From positions 58,590,001 through 58,654,000 of the forward strand of contig OX597821.1 of assembly GCA_951406725.2 (NCBI GenBank): a stretch of 64,000 nt of DNA, in the 5' to 3' direction. The notes beneath the pieces were generated by a model, which worked only from the letters and a program-made list of their open reading frames with translations, made no database searches and was not told where the DNA came from. Position numbers and translations under genes: made by a program. Shown piece by piece: positions 1-12,590 of the stretch (the stretch's first letter is position 1; every line of letters starts with the position of its first letter). This DNA is from Octopus vulgaris (Eukaryota).

Positions 1-1418
1 GACAGTTAGATATAACTGTCGTGAGATATTAAATACATTTAAGAAATTTGAAGATATTAAGTGTTGTTTAAGTTCTGTGTCGTTGACAACACTGAATTGT
101 ATTTATTTATTTTTTATCTTTATTTGTTTTGTACATATTAGATCAGACTTCCTCTTTCTCATTCACCCTTTCTCCCGGCGAAAGACCAACAATCAGCTGG
201 TTTAACGAACACACACTCCCCCCCCACCTCGCTCTCTCACACATTCATATACACACACTTATGTAACATTACCAATCCTTGTGGTCTCGACTTCACAACG
301 GCTTGGTATTTTTAGTAAATTACTCCTCTGGGTGTGCATTCACTAATCATTGACAGATAGTTGCTATGCTTGTGTAAACAGAAATGTCATTGAGAAAAAC
401 CTTAATTTTTGCCTGAAGGTGGAGCGGTTGGGAAGAGGAATATCTTATTACTCCTGGGCAAAATGTAATACTTAACGGCATTTCGTCCGTCTATATGTTC
501 TGAGTTCATATACTGCCGAGGTCTACTGTGCCTTTCATCCTTTCGGATTCGATAAAATATGTACCAGTTGAGCACTGGGATCAGTGTAATCGACTGACCC
601 CACTCTCCCCCAAAATTGCTGGCCTTGTGCCAAAATTTGAAACCGTTATTATTATTCCAGCCATTCCGGCTTTTTGTAATCCAAGTTCAAATTTCACCGA
701 GGTCCACTTTGTCTTTCGTCCTGTCGGGGTCGATAAAATAAGGACCAATTGAGCACTGGGGTTCACGTAATTAACTTACCTCCTCCCCACAAAATTACTA
801 GCTTTGGGCTAAAATTTGAAAAACTCATCATTTAACGTGCGTTTTCTGTTCTGGGATGAGTTAGACGGTTTGGCAGGAGCTGGCAAACCAGAGAGCTTGT
901 TTTGGGATGGATTCTACAGCTGGATGCCCTTCCTAACGCCAACCACTTTACAGTGTACTGGGTGCTTTTTACGTGGCAACAGCATGGGTGCCTTTTTAAT
1001 GACATTGGCATGAGTACTTTACGTGACACTGGCATGAGTGCTCTTATTGAGGTTCATGTAATTAACTTACTCCCTCTCCACAAAATCACTGGCCAAAATT
1101 TGAAACATCATCATCATTTAATGTCCATTTTCCATGCTGGCAAGAGTGCTCTTTATGAGGCACCGGCACTAACCATTATTATGATGCCAGTACCGCCTGA
1201 CTGGTCCTCATGCTGGTGGCACATAAAAAGCAACCACTACACTCTTGGAGTAGTTGGTGTTAGGAAGGGCATCCAGCTGTAGAAACATTGCCTGATCAGA
1301 TTTGGGCCTGGTACAGCCTCCTGGCTTGCCAGCCCTCAGTCAAACCGCCTAACCCATGCCAGGATGGAAAGCAGACGTTAAACGACAATGATGACGATGA
1401 TGATGATTATTATTATGC

Positions 1419-1582
1419 AGGCGCAAGAGTGGCTGTGTGGTAAGGAACTTGCTTACCAGTCACATGGTTTTGGGTCAGTCCCATTCCATGGCACCTTGGG
1501 CAAGTGTCTTCTGCTATAGCCTCAAGCTGACCAAAGCCTTGTGAGTGGATTTGGTAGATGGAAACTGAAAGAAGCACATATA

Positions 1583-1634
<52 letters not shown>

Positions 1635-1857
1635 GGTGTGTATATGTTTGTGTGTCTGTTTGTCCCCCCAACATTGCTTGACAAGCGATGCTGGTGTGTT
1701 TACATCCCCATAACTTAGCAGTTTGGCAAAAGAAACCGATAGGGTAAGTACTAGGCTTACAAAGAATAAGCCCCAGGGTCGATTTGCTTGACTAAAGGCG
1801 GTGCTCCAGCTAGGTCATAGTCAAGTGACTGAAATAAGTAAAAGAATAAAAGCAAGA
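1419..1857 (+). mobile_element. tRNA-derived SINE, family A (octopus-type), full length with central (TA/TG)n
   Basis: Head GGCGCAAGAGTGGCTGTGTGGTAAG...GGTCAGTCCC with A/B-box-like motifs; tail GACTGAAATAAGTAAAAGAATAAAAG. Many homologous copies throughout the window. Confidence 0.85.
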
Positions 1858-2779
1858 ATTATTATTATTAAGGTGCTGAGCTGCCAGAATTGTTAGCATG
1901 CTGGACAAAATGCTTAGCTGTATTTTGCCCGTCACTACATTCTGAGTTCAAATTCTACCAAGGTCAGCTTTGATATTCATCCTTTCGGGGTTGATATAAT
2001 CGACTTATCCCTCCTCCAAAGTGGCTACCGTTATTATTCCAACTATTTAAATTTATTAAATGTCTTCATTAAAATTTTTTTTAAAACTAAAAAGTTTTGT
2101 CAGCAAAACTTAAAATGATGCTCAACAGATATTAATGGAAAATGTAATTTTCAGTCTAAACTATCAGTCTATTGTCTTTCATAATTCTGGAGGTAATAAA
2201 GAAATGAAGTACCAGTCATATATTGGTAGTTTATTCTGCCAACTACACTTCTTGTCCTAATATGATTATATTTTATTTAGCATATGAATGGTAGAATTTA
2301 TAGAGCTGTGGATAGAACATGCCTTGTAGAATTTAGTTATGTCTGAGTTGAAACTCCATTTAGGCGACCTTTGTTTTCCATCATTCTGGTGTTAATGAAA
2401 TAAAAGCATCAGTCTGGATGTAATCGACTATGATCTTGCTCAGATTATGTGACATTAGCAGAGCTTGCTGCAGTATTTTGATTTGCCAGTTCCTGCTAAA
2501 CCATCCTATCCATGTCAGCACGAAAAACAGATGCTAAATGATGATACAGTTGTGTTGCTAAATTCTTCATCTTTGGATTTGCTTCTGTCACATTCCTGGT
2601 AAATAAATCCTGTTCACACTTGCAGTTGGGACTCCTGGTCACAGCAAGTTTCCTTTCTGCCAGGATATGTTGTTGTTTAACACTTCCTTCAAATCATTTC
2701 TGATTTAGCAGACCAACCTATGATAAAAAGCATTCCATAAAAAGCATAGTTTTATTGGACTACATTATTTTCAAAATCA

Positions 2780-3255
2780 AAATCAAATTCAATGACTGGC
2801 ACCCATGCTAGTGGAGCGCTAAGAGTACCATATGAGCATGATTGTTGCCAGAGCAAAAAGCTGGCATCCGTGCCAGTGGCACGTAAAAAGCACCATTTGA
2901 GCGTGATTGTTAGCTACGTCACCTTACTGGCACTTGTGCTAGTGGCACATGAAAAAATATTCGAACGAGGTCATTGCCAGTGCTGCTGGACTGGCTCCTG
3001 TGCAGGTGGCACATAAAAAGCACCATTTGAGTGTAGTCGTTGCCAGTACCGCCTGACTGGCCCTCGTGCCGGTGGCATGTAAAAGCACCCACTACATTCT
3101 CGGAGTGGTTGGTGTTAGGAAGGGCATCCAGCTGTAGAAACTCTGCCAGATCAGATTGGAGCCTGGTGCAGCCATCTGGTTCGCCAGACCTCAGTCAAAC
3201 CGTCCAACCCATGCTAGCATGGAAAGTGGACTTTAAACAATGATGATGATGATTT
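2780..3255 (+). mobile_element. RTE-type LINE 3' UTR fragment with internal ~50 bp repeats and (GAT)n tail
   Basis: Same GGCACGTAAAAAGCACC repeats and GGAAGGGCATCCAGCTGTAGAAAC...GATGATGAT tail that follow the RTE ORF remnant at 41880-42770. Confidence 0.75.
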
Positions 3256-4220
3256 TCTTATTTAAGATACTGTAGTGAGAGAATTGACTTTTGTTTCTAG
3301 CAAGACAAGTGACCATGTTGATGTTTTCTTGTCAACTTGTCCAGCATATATAAAAGTCACAATTCTGAAGGGTCATTACTCTTGACCAAACATCAGATAT
3401 TGCCCACTGTTTCAGCTTGTTTTATTATCTTGAAATTATTTAAAATTTTTCCACAGAAATTAAATAATAATAATGATAATAATCTTTTCTACAATAGGCA
3501 CAAAGCCTGAAATTTGGTGGAGGGGGGTAGTTGATTATATTGACCCCAGTACTTGACTGGTACTTATTTTGTCGACCCTAAAAGGAAGAAAGGCAAAGTG
3601 GGCCTTGGCAGAATTTGAACTCACACTGTAGCAGCAGACGAAATACTGCTAAGCATTTCGTCCAGTGTGCTAACGGTTCTGCCAGCTTGCCACCTTAATA
3701 ATAATAATAATAATAATCCTTTCTACTATAGGCACAAGGCACAATTTTGGGGAAGGTGGCTAGTCAATTGTATCGACCCCAGTGTTTCACTGGTACTTAA
3801 TTTATTGACTCCGAAATGATGAAAGGTAAAGTTGACCTTGATAACAATCATGATGATGAAAACTAACTGTAACTATAGCAACAAATGGGTTGAATGAAAA
3901 GTGTTTCCTCTGGCAGTTTTCGTTTCTAACCAGTAAGACAGGATACTACAATCTTGTTTCAGTTACACCCATTCACAACAACTCGGAAATGTCCACCTTC
4001 ACAAATACCTAGTTACTTATTACTACTAATCTTTTAACTGTTTGTCGAAGGTGGTATAAATATCACAAACAATGAAGTCTATATATAGCTATGTTAGCTA
4101 AATCACATATATGTTTATGCAATACTTTCCTTCGTCTTAAATGTAAGGAGTTCATTCTTGTTTGACGGGCTCTTCAATCAAACTCAAAGCTTTTTGTTTT
4201 TAATTTAAATACATACATAC

Positions 4221-4279
<59 letters not shown>

Positions 4280-4661
4280 TTCACACATTTACTTCAATAT
4301 TTATACATGCATATATTTCATCTTTTCCACCCATCCCACTTGTGCAAATCCAAACTGTTGATGGACAAGATTGCAATTTGGAACCAAGCCTACTAAGTCC
4401 ACAACTAATTTCCTGTTAATAGCACAACATACTGTCGTTCACGAACTTAGTTGTTTTGCTATTTTTAACATGCACTTTTCCATGCTTGCATGGATCAGAT
4501 GGAATTTGCTAAAGTAAATTTTCTATGGTCAGATTCCATTCCTGTTGCAAATACTTACCTGTTTTCTAGCAAGCTGATATTTCTCCATGGCTGGACATAT
4601 TTTTCATGAAAAATTTTAGATGAATAATAAAAGCAATAAAGGGCAATAACAGTGTTGTTTA

Positions 4662-4703
<42 letters not shown>

Positions 4704-4971
4704 CAGACAATAAGAACAGTGTTATGTAATTGCAATAGATTGTTACCAGTTACAAAATTGAAAACTGATGATGTCCCTCTATCAAAATAGGAACACAAGA
4801 TTTCCTCATATTTTTGAATTTCTGTGTTTCTGCAGTTGTTTCCATTTTACATTTTGACAAGTTATCAAAATATTGTTCAAACCGATAAGCAGTCTCTTGC
4901 AATTGTATCGTGTTCTTCTCACTGTCTTCATGAAGAGTTACGTCAACCTTTATAAAATATTATTATTATTA

Positions 4972-5422
4972 AGGGGGCAAGCTGGCAGAATCATTAACAC
5001 ACCGGGTGAAATGCTTAGCAGTATTTCGTCTACTGTTACGTTCTGATTTCAAATTCCACTGAGGTCAATTTTGTCTTTCATCCTTTTGAGGTTGATAAAT
5101 TAAGTACCAGTGAAATACTGGGGTCAATATAATCGACTAGTTCCCTTCCCTCAGATTTCAGGCCTTGTGCCTTTAGTAGAAAGGATTATTATTATCGTTA
5201 TTAAGGCTGCAAGCTGGCAGAATCATTAGCATGCCGAGTAAAATGCTTAGAGGCATTTAGTCTGTCTTTACATTCTGAGTTCAAATTCTTCTGAGGTCGA
5301 CTTTGCTTTTCTTCCTTTTGGGGTCGATAAATTAAGTGCTAGTGAAACACTGGGGTAGGTGTAATCGACTAGTTCCCTCCCCTCAGATTTCAGGCCTTGT
5401 GCCTTAGTAGAAAGGATTATTA

Positions 5423-5458
<36 letters not shown>
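4972..5458 (+). mobile_element. Two head-to-tail copies of tRNA-derived SINE family B (Meta-domain-like core), ending in (ATT)n
   Basis: GCTGGCAGAATCATTA...TTCAAATT...TTTCATCCTTTTGAGGTTGATAAATTAAGTACCAG-type unit occurs twice, each ending CTTTAGTAGAAAGGATTATT-like. Confidence 0.8.
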
Positions 5459-5459
<1 letters not shown>

Positions 5460-7395
5460 GCACAGTGCTAAGAACACACATATATTGTTAGCAAAACGCA
5501 TATTAAAGGAGAGATTATTCTTCAAACATAAACTTTTAAATGAATTAAAGACACAAGTATTTTTGCTTTTTGATTCTCTTCTCAAAGACAGCCATTCAAC
5601 ATTAAAGTGCAAAGCTGATTTGTTTTCCTTTTTATTCACTGCCAGAATCTATCTAAGTTTACATGGTTCCATTTTTAATTTATGTACTTCTAAGACAAGT
5701 TTATACAGTGGTAAGTACTTTAAAGATATCTCTCCTGCTGTATAAAACTCATATAAATTTTAATGCTGATTTTGTTCTTGAAAGAATTTTTGTGTGATAG
5801 AGTAAATTTCATTAAAGAGATTTCAATTATGCATTACTCATGCTCTTTATAGTGGTGAATTATAATTTTTTCATAGGTGCAGGTGTGGTTATGTGGTAAA
5901 GAAGTTTGCTTTCCAACTGTATGGTTCCAAGTTCAGTCCTACTGCATGGAACCATGGGTAGTTGTCTTATAGCTTGGCCAAACAAAGCCTTTGAACAGAT
6001 CTGGTAAACGGAAGCTGAAAGGAAGTCATTTTGTGTGTATGTGTGTACTCTTTTGTAAATGAGCATCATTGTCATACGAGCAAGGTTGTTCATTTGCAGG
6101 TTTCAGTGGAAAACATGTCTTGCCATGGGGAAATACTATTTTGATTGGGAACTGGTAAGAGTTGGCGACAGGAAAGTCATGCAGCCATAGAAAACGTGTC
6201 TTAATGAATTATGTCTGACCCATGCCAGCATAGCAAAGTGGATCTTAATGATGATAGTGATGATTTCTAATTAAATTTTACATAGATTGGCCATTAATTA
6301 AATACATTTACTGAATTTAGAGCACTAAGTAATTAAGGATGTAGACTCTATTCATTGTCTAGTTTAATACCGCTTATCACTTTGGTGCTCTTAGCAAGAT
6401 CTAATCTGTAAGCATTTGGGCCACATCTCCAGTGTGAAGGTAACTCAATATCTTGATGTATTGCTTCATCCTGTAGTCACCCATGAGTCTTGGCTTCTTT
6501 CTTTCTTTCTTACTTTCTTTCTTACCAATCTCAGAGACCACACAGAGATCATGGCTATTGGCTGTCCTTCTTCCTCTAACTCAGATATTTAAAAAAAGGG
6601 TTGCACTTCCTCTAACTCATATTTAAACAAGATTTAATTTAGCTGTAACTTCAGATTCATTAACATTACATGAGTGGGAGATGAATATTCCCCTGGCTAG
6701 GTCACCAGTCTATTGTTGACAGCATTCCCCTTGGTAGCTAGATGAACTGAGGCTATTGGACTTGAGTGTCTACTCGGTGGTGGACTCTCTTATCATATGC
6801 CTGAGGATTCACCAAGACAGCTGAACAGTGCAGGATTATGGAGAGCAGCCATCAACCTATGAGTGCAAGGTCAAATCTGTAAACTTTCAGTAGCATCTTC
6901 CATGTGTCCCTGTCACCTCTTATTCTATCACCACAGGATTTATGAAGAAAATGCGAGTGGGCTGGTGTCTTGGATTGCTGAACAAGCTGCACGATGAATA
7001 TTATTAGAGGTGCCATGGTTTCCACTCTCTCATCCTTCAAACTCATACTTGTCTGGTGCAACAAGTTCCACAAGACCGATACTTATCAATATGTAGAATT
7101 TGTATGGAATTGTGTCTTTTTAGATAAGTTGCTAAAGAAGTGAAGGGCCACTTCAGGCCTGGGTGCATTGGGTTGTCTGTGAGCGAACTTCTTTTGGAGG
7201 AGCCTCGTGGTGCTTAGGTGTCTTTTATGTGTTACTCCCACTTTTATGAGTGTCTTTTATGTGTTACTGGCACAGGATAAAAATCACGTGATTAAAATCT
7301 TGTAGCGACGAAATAATGTATGATTAGTTTAAAGCAATGAGAACAAATAATAATTACATCTGACAGAGAAATCTGAATGCCAAATAAATACAGTA

Positions 7396-7853
7396 ACCTT
7401 TTCGTTACTGTATTTATTTTGAGATGCTCTGTGTTTCTTTCAATTACTTTAAATATAACAAAGAATTTAGTAAAATAACTTAGTGTTAGTAACATAAATT
7501 GTGACTAAGGTTTGGTGGAAGGTTTTAATTCAAAATTTATGAAAACAAAACATTTGTACTCAGAGCCAGAGCCATTTTCAGTGGGATTGGTAACAAAAGG
7601 GTTAAGAATTGTTTCTCTATAATATATTTTAACCCTTTTGTTACCATATTTCTGTTGAGATACTCTGTTTTTCTTTCAATTACTTTTAAATATAACAAAG
7701 AATTTAGTAAAATAATTTAGTTATGATTCAGCTAGTGTTAGGAACATGAATTGTGACTAAGGTTTGGTGGAAGATTTTAATTCAGAACTTATGAAAACAA
7801 GACATTTGTACTCAGAGCCAGAGCCAGTTTCGGCTGGGTTGGTAATGAAAGGG
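7396..7853. mobile_element. Two tandem ~210-220 bp TTAA-type (piggyBac-like) MITEs
   Basis: The second copy (7633..7853) reads TTAA|CCCTTTTGTTACC...GGTAATGAAAGGG|TTAA. The first copy (7396..7601) is homologous along its length. Confidence 0.75.
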
Positions 7854-8430
7854 TTAAATGTACTCTTATTCTCACCCTCAAACATACAATACTCTATTTT
7901 CATCGTTACTGTTTTTTACATTTCACTTTATTCCTATTTATGTTTACTTTTATTAATATATTTAATAAATGCATCAGAAAGTAGGAAATGCTTGAAATTG
8001 ATGCAAAAGAAAAAGAGTCACTTATTCAAGCCCTTCTCTTGCTATGGTGCATTGGACATCAATGAGTTTTTCTCCACTGTTCTTTCCTCTGAGTTGTTAT
8101 TTTTGATTTTCTTCCAGTTGGCTCCCTGTTTTTTCAGTTCTGCTTCAGTATCCCACTTCCGGTTATTTTTAGAGTGTTCTCTTGTCTGCCTCACTTGCGA
8201 GCGCCAGGTTAGGTCCTGGTTTCCTTGAGGGGAAGATTTCCCTCTCTCTGGTCTTGTTAATTTTGAATTGTCATTGATGTTTCTCTAACTTAGATTTTCT
8301 CTGGGTATGGGTTTTGGCCCAGCGCAAATCCATTTTCACCCTTGGAAAATGTGGTCATATTATTCTGGCCTCTGTTTTTTGACTGCTCAGCACGGGAAGC
8401 ACTATCAGGAGCTTGCACTCTGCTGGTATA

Positions 8431-8463
<33 letters not shown>

Positions 8464-8843
8464 TATGTTAGGGCATGGACTAGTGTGTTGCACTCATGAT
8501 CCCTAGATTGTGGTTTCAATTCCTAGACCGGGTGGTGTATTGTGTTCTTGACCAAAACATTTCGTCTCATGTTGCTCTGTGATCACTTTGACACCTGACG
8601 CCTGGTACACTGTGCACCTGTCCAGACAACATTGATTTGATGGAGAGAGTGAGCTAATAGGCAGCACAAACATTTGTTCATAATAAACAAATCGTTTGTG
8701 TAGGTTGTATGGCAAAAGCTAAATGCTTATATGTCATCTTCAACAGGAGAGTCCATCATGTATATATATATATAAACATTATCGACCACACATACTGAAT
8801 GTATATGTGTTGTGTGTTTGCTAGTAGGCTGTGAATTGGTGTG

Positions 8844-8899
8844 ATGGAGATTTCTACCTCAAAGTGCTTGCTTTTAAGACACCTGAAAGTGATGGACAG
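8844..8899 (+). CDS. ALS2: Alsin (ALS2) orthologue, probable first coding exon (ATG 8892 gives MDS; in-frame upstream ATG at 8844)
   Basis: ATG GAC AG|GTGAGA: a phase-2 donor matching the phase-2 acceptor at 32861, giving MDSEEEKDGIVCLWEG, similar to the vertebrate alsin N-terminus (MDS...KERGLVHIWQAG, from memory). Tandem acceptor TAGTAG at 8822-8827. Confidence 0.7.
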
Positions 8900-9848
8900 G
8901 TGAGACAACTCACCCCAAATCCCATCAAGTGGATGTATGATGAATGGTTTACATTTATGATCATATCTTTCTTTTCTTTTTTTTTCTTTGTTTTTTTTTT
9001 GTTTTGTTTTTTTTGCCATGCATAGCTGTGTAGTTAAGAACCTTGTTTTGCAGCCATGTGGTTTCAGGTTCGGTCCCACTGTGTAGAACCTTGGGCAAGT
9101 GTCTCAACTATAGCTTCAGCTCAGTCAATGCTTTGTGAGTGAATATGGTAGATGGAAACTGTAGTAGCTCGTGTGTGTGTGTGTGTGTACATGTATAAGT
9201 ATGTTTATGTGTGAATGTATGTATGTGTGTCTTTGTGCTTGTGTCTCTCCCACCTCCTCTTGACAACTGTGTTGGTTTGTTTACATGTCTGTAACTAAGC
9301 AGTTTAGCAAAAGAGACTGACAGAATAAGTCCCAGACTTAAAAAAAAATTCAGTACTGTGGTTGATTTGTTCAATTAAGCCCTTCAAGGTGGTGCCCCAG
9401 CATGGCTACAGTCCAATGACTGAAACATATCATAGAATAAAAGAGAGACTCATTATTCCTAAAACAGCATTTTCTGATGTTACCTTATCTGATGCAGTAG
9501 GTCGTGCTTTGTGAGGGATTTAGCTGCTGTTTTTAGTATTGTCTCTTCCTTGTCTTGTATAATGTTTTATGCAGTGTTTTTCATGAGGGGCACCCGAAAG
9601 GAATGAAAACCAGGGGGAAATATTGCCATGTTTGTTAAAATTAGATGGTCTTTAACCTGTTAGTATTTAAACTGGTCATATCTACCCCAAATATTCAATC
9701 TGTTCTGTGTTCAAACAGGCCAGATCCAGCCTTTCATACCTACCCTTCAGTGTCATTCCAAAAATAAGCAGTCACATCATTTTAAAATCTCAAAACAACA
9801 AGATAATGTGTAATTAATTCAGAACAGTGTGAAGATATGTGGCCTAAG

Positions 9849-10230
9849 CACAGGAGTGGCTGTGTGGTAAGTAGCTTACTTACCAACCACATGGTTCCAG
9901 GTTCAGTCCCACTGTGTGGCACCTTGGACAAGTGTCTTCTACAATAGCCTCGGACTGACCAAAGCTTTGTGAGTGGATTTGGTAGACGGAAACTGAAAGA
10001 AACCTGTCAAATATATATATGTGTGTGTGTGTGTGTCTTTGTCCCTCCAACATCACTTGACAACCGATGCTAGTGTGTTTACATCCCCATAATTTAGCAG
10101 TTCGGCAAAGTGACCGATAGAATAAGTACTAGGCTAACAAAAAATAAGTCCTGGGGTTGATTTGTTCGAAAAGGCGGTGCTCCAGCATGACAACAGTCAA
10201 ATGACTGAAACAAGTAAAAGAATAAAAGAA
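9849..10230 (+). mobile_element. tRNA-derived SINE family A, full length
   Basis: Colinear homology to 1419..1857. Confidence 0.85.
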
Positions 10231-11075
10231 TAGTTGTTTGGGTGTTCTACTCACAATTGCTAGAGTGTGGGTTCGTTTCTTGGACTAGGTAGCGTGTTGT
10301 GCTCTAGTGCTGTGTGGGGATCAGCATGTCAAAGAATAGACCCAGTGTTTCCTCTGCATGTCATAAAAGGCAATTAAATGAGGTTGAGGTAGGATTTGCA
10401 CTCTGACTCATAAAAACCCTCACCATCAATGACTACCCAAACAGACCCATGGGCTGGATGGTTGTCGCCTGAGTGGTGCAACAGTGCCATCCGCCAGGAG
10501 TAGGGAATTACCAACAAATGGTAAATGCAGTGACTCACTGTTACAGCGCATGCCCCTATACTACTACTCTTTTACTTGCTTCAGTCATTTGACTGTGGCC
10601 ATGCTTGAGTACTACCTTTAGTCAAGCAAATCAACCCCAGGACTTATTCTTTGTAAGCCTAGTACTTATTCTGTTACACTCTCTGAGTGGTTGGTATTAG
10701 GAAGGGCATCTGGCTGTAGAAACTATGCCAGATCAGATGGGAGTCTGGCGCAGCCTTCCAGCTTGCCAGCCTTGGTCAAACCATCCAACCCATGCCAGCA
10801 TGGAAAGCGAACGTTAAATGATGAGGATGATGATGAAACTCTGTTTTGTTTTCTTATTACACTTTACACTTTTACACTTTTACTTGTTTCAGTCATTTTG
10901 ACTGTGGTCATGCTAAAACACCACCTTTTAGTCAAAGAAATTGATCCCTGGACTTATTTGTAAACTTGGTACTCATTCTATCGGTCTGCTGAACTGCTAT
11001 GTTATGGGGATGTAAACACACCAAGATCGATTGTCAAGCAATGGTGAAGGGACAATCACAGACACAAACACACAA

Positions 11076-11128
<53 letters not shown>

Positions 11129-12518
11129 TGACATGCTTCTTTCAGTTTCCATCTACCAAATCCACTCCTGAGGCTATAGTAGAAGACACTTGCCCTAGGT
11201 GCCACACAGTGGAACTGAACCTGGAACCATGTGGTTGGGAAGCAAGCATCTTGCCTCACAGCCATCAATAAAGATTTGAGCAGGACTGGTGGGGAGAGAA
11301 GGGGGTTGGGGTCTGTTAGTTTAAGGGCCACTGGTTTAGTACATTAAAGCCAAGGCTAAATGCAATTTCCATAGCATATAAGTGATTGAGATTATAACAT
11401 TCTCCTTTAAACGGGATGCTGATCCATCATAGGGTTATAAGGCACAGGTGTGGCTGTTTGGTTGAGAATCAAGCTTCTCAACCATCTGGTGCTGGGTTCA
11501 ATCTGAATGTGTGGCACCTTGGACATGAGTCTTCTACTATATAGTGAGTGGATTTAGAAGATGGAAACTGAAAGAAGCCCATCTTATATACATGTGTCAG
11601 TGTGTGTGTGTACCGTTCTCTTGACATTATGTGATGGTTTAAATTAGCATTACTGTCATGCAAGCAATGTCCTTCATTTCTAGTCTTCCATGAAAAAACA
11701 TGTCTGACCATGGGAAAATATTATGTTGCTTGGAAACAGGTGAGGGTTGTCAACGCGATGGGTATCCAGCTGTAGAAAATGTACCTCAACAATTTCTGTC
11801 TGACCCGTGCAAGCATGGAAAAATGAACATTAAATTATGATGATGATAATGTCTGTCAATATGAGTTTCAAGAATGTCTTTTCCGTGTGGCAGGTATGTC
11901 TTAGATAAGAGACAAGAAGTGCATCCAGCTTTTGAAAAATCTGCCTCAATGAATTTTGTTTAATGCATGCGAGTACGGAAAAATGGACCTTGAAACAATG
12001 ATGATCTTCATCATGGGGATGATGAAACATATATTGAGAAAACAAAGTCACTGCCTTTGATATTGGCAAAATCATTGACAAGCAAGCCTCTATGTCTAAC
12101 ACCTTTTCTATAGATTACAGCAGGATTAGACCTTTCTCTCAGTTCTTATTGTGTCAGCCTATGTTTTTTGGTATCTGCTCCATCGATTTTGATGTCTCCT
12201 AAGAACCCATCATTTACTTGCATCTCTTTCTCCTCGTTAGAGACCTCCTGAAATTACTGCTATTCCTACATCATTGTCACCGTCATCATCATCATTTAAC
12301 ACGGATTTTCCTATGCTTGCATGGGTCAGACAGAATTTGCTGAGGCAGGTTTTCTATGGTCGGATGCCCTTCCTATTGTCAAGTAAGATAATATTTCCCC
12401 ATAGCAAGACAGGTTTTCATGGAAGACTGGAAACAAACAACCCCACTTATGTGATGGTGATGCTCATTTACAACTATCATGTGATGTCTAAACAAAGTCA
12501 CACACAAATATACATATG

Positions 12519-12590
<72 letters not shown>

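Noticed and set aside
2780-3100. CRISPR-like periodic GGCACGTAAAAAGCACC repeats (also about 28270-28440, 39560-39840, 42380-42610, 53260-53530)
   Set aside because: The intervening sequences are homologous to each other, the repeats are part of the RTE 3' UTR, the DNA is eukaryotic and there are no cas genes.
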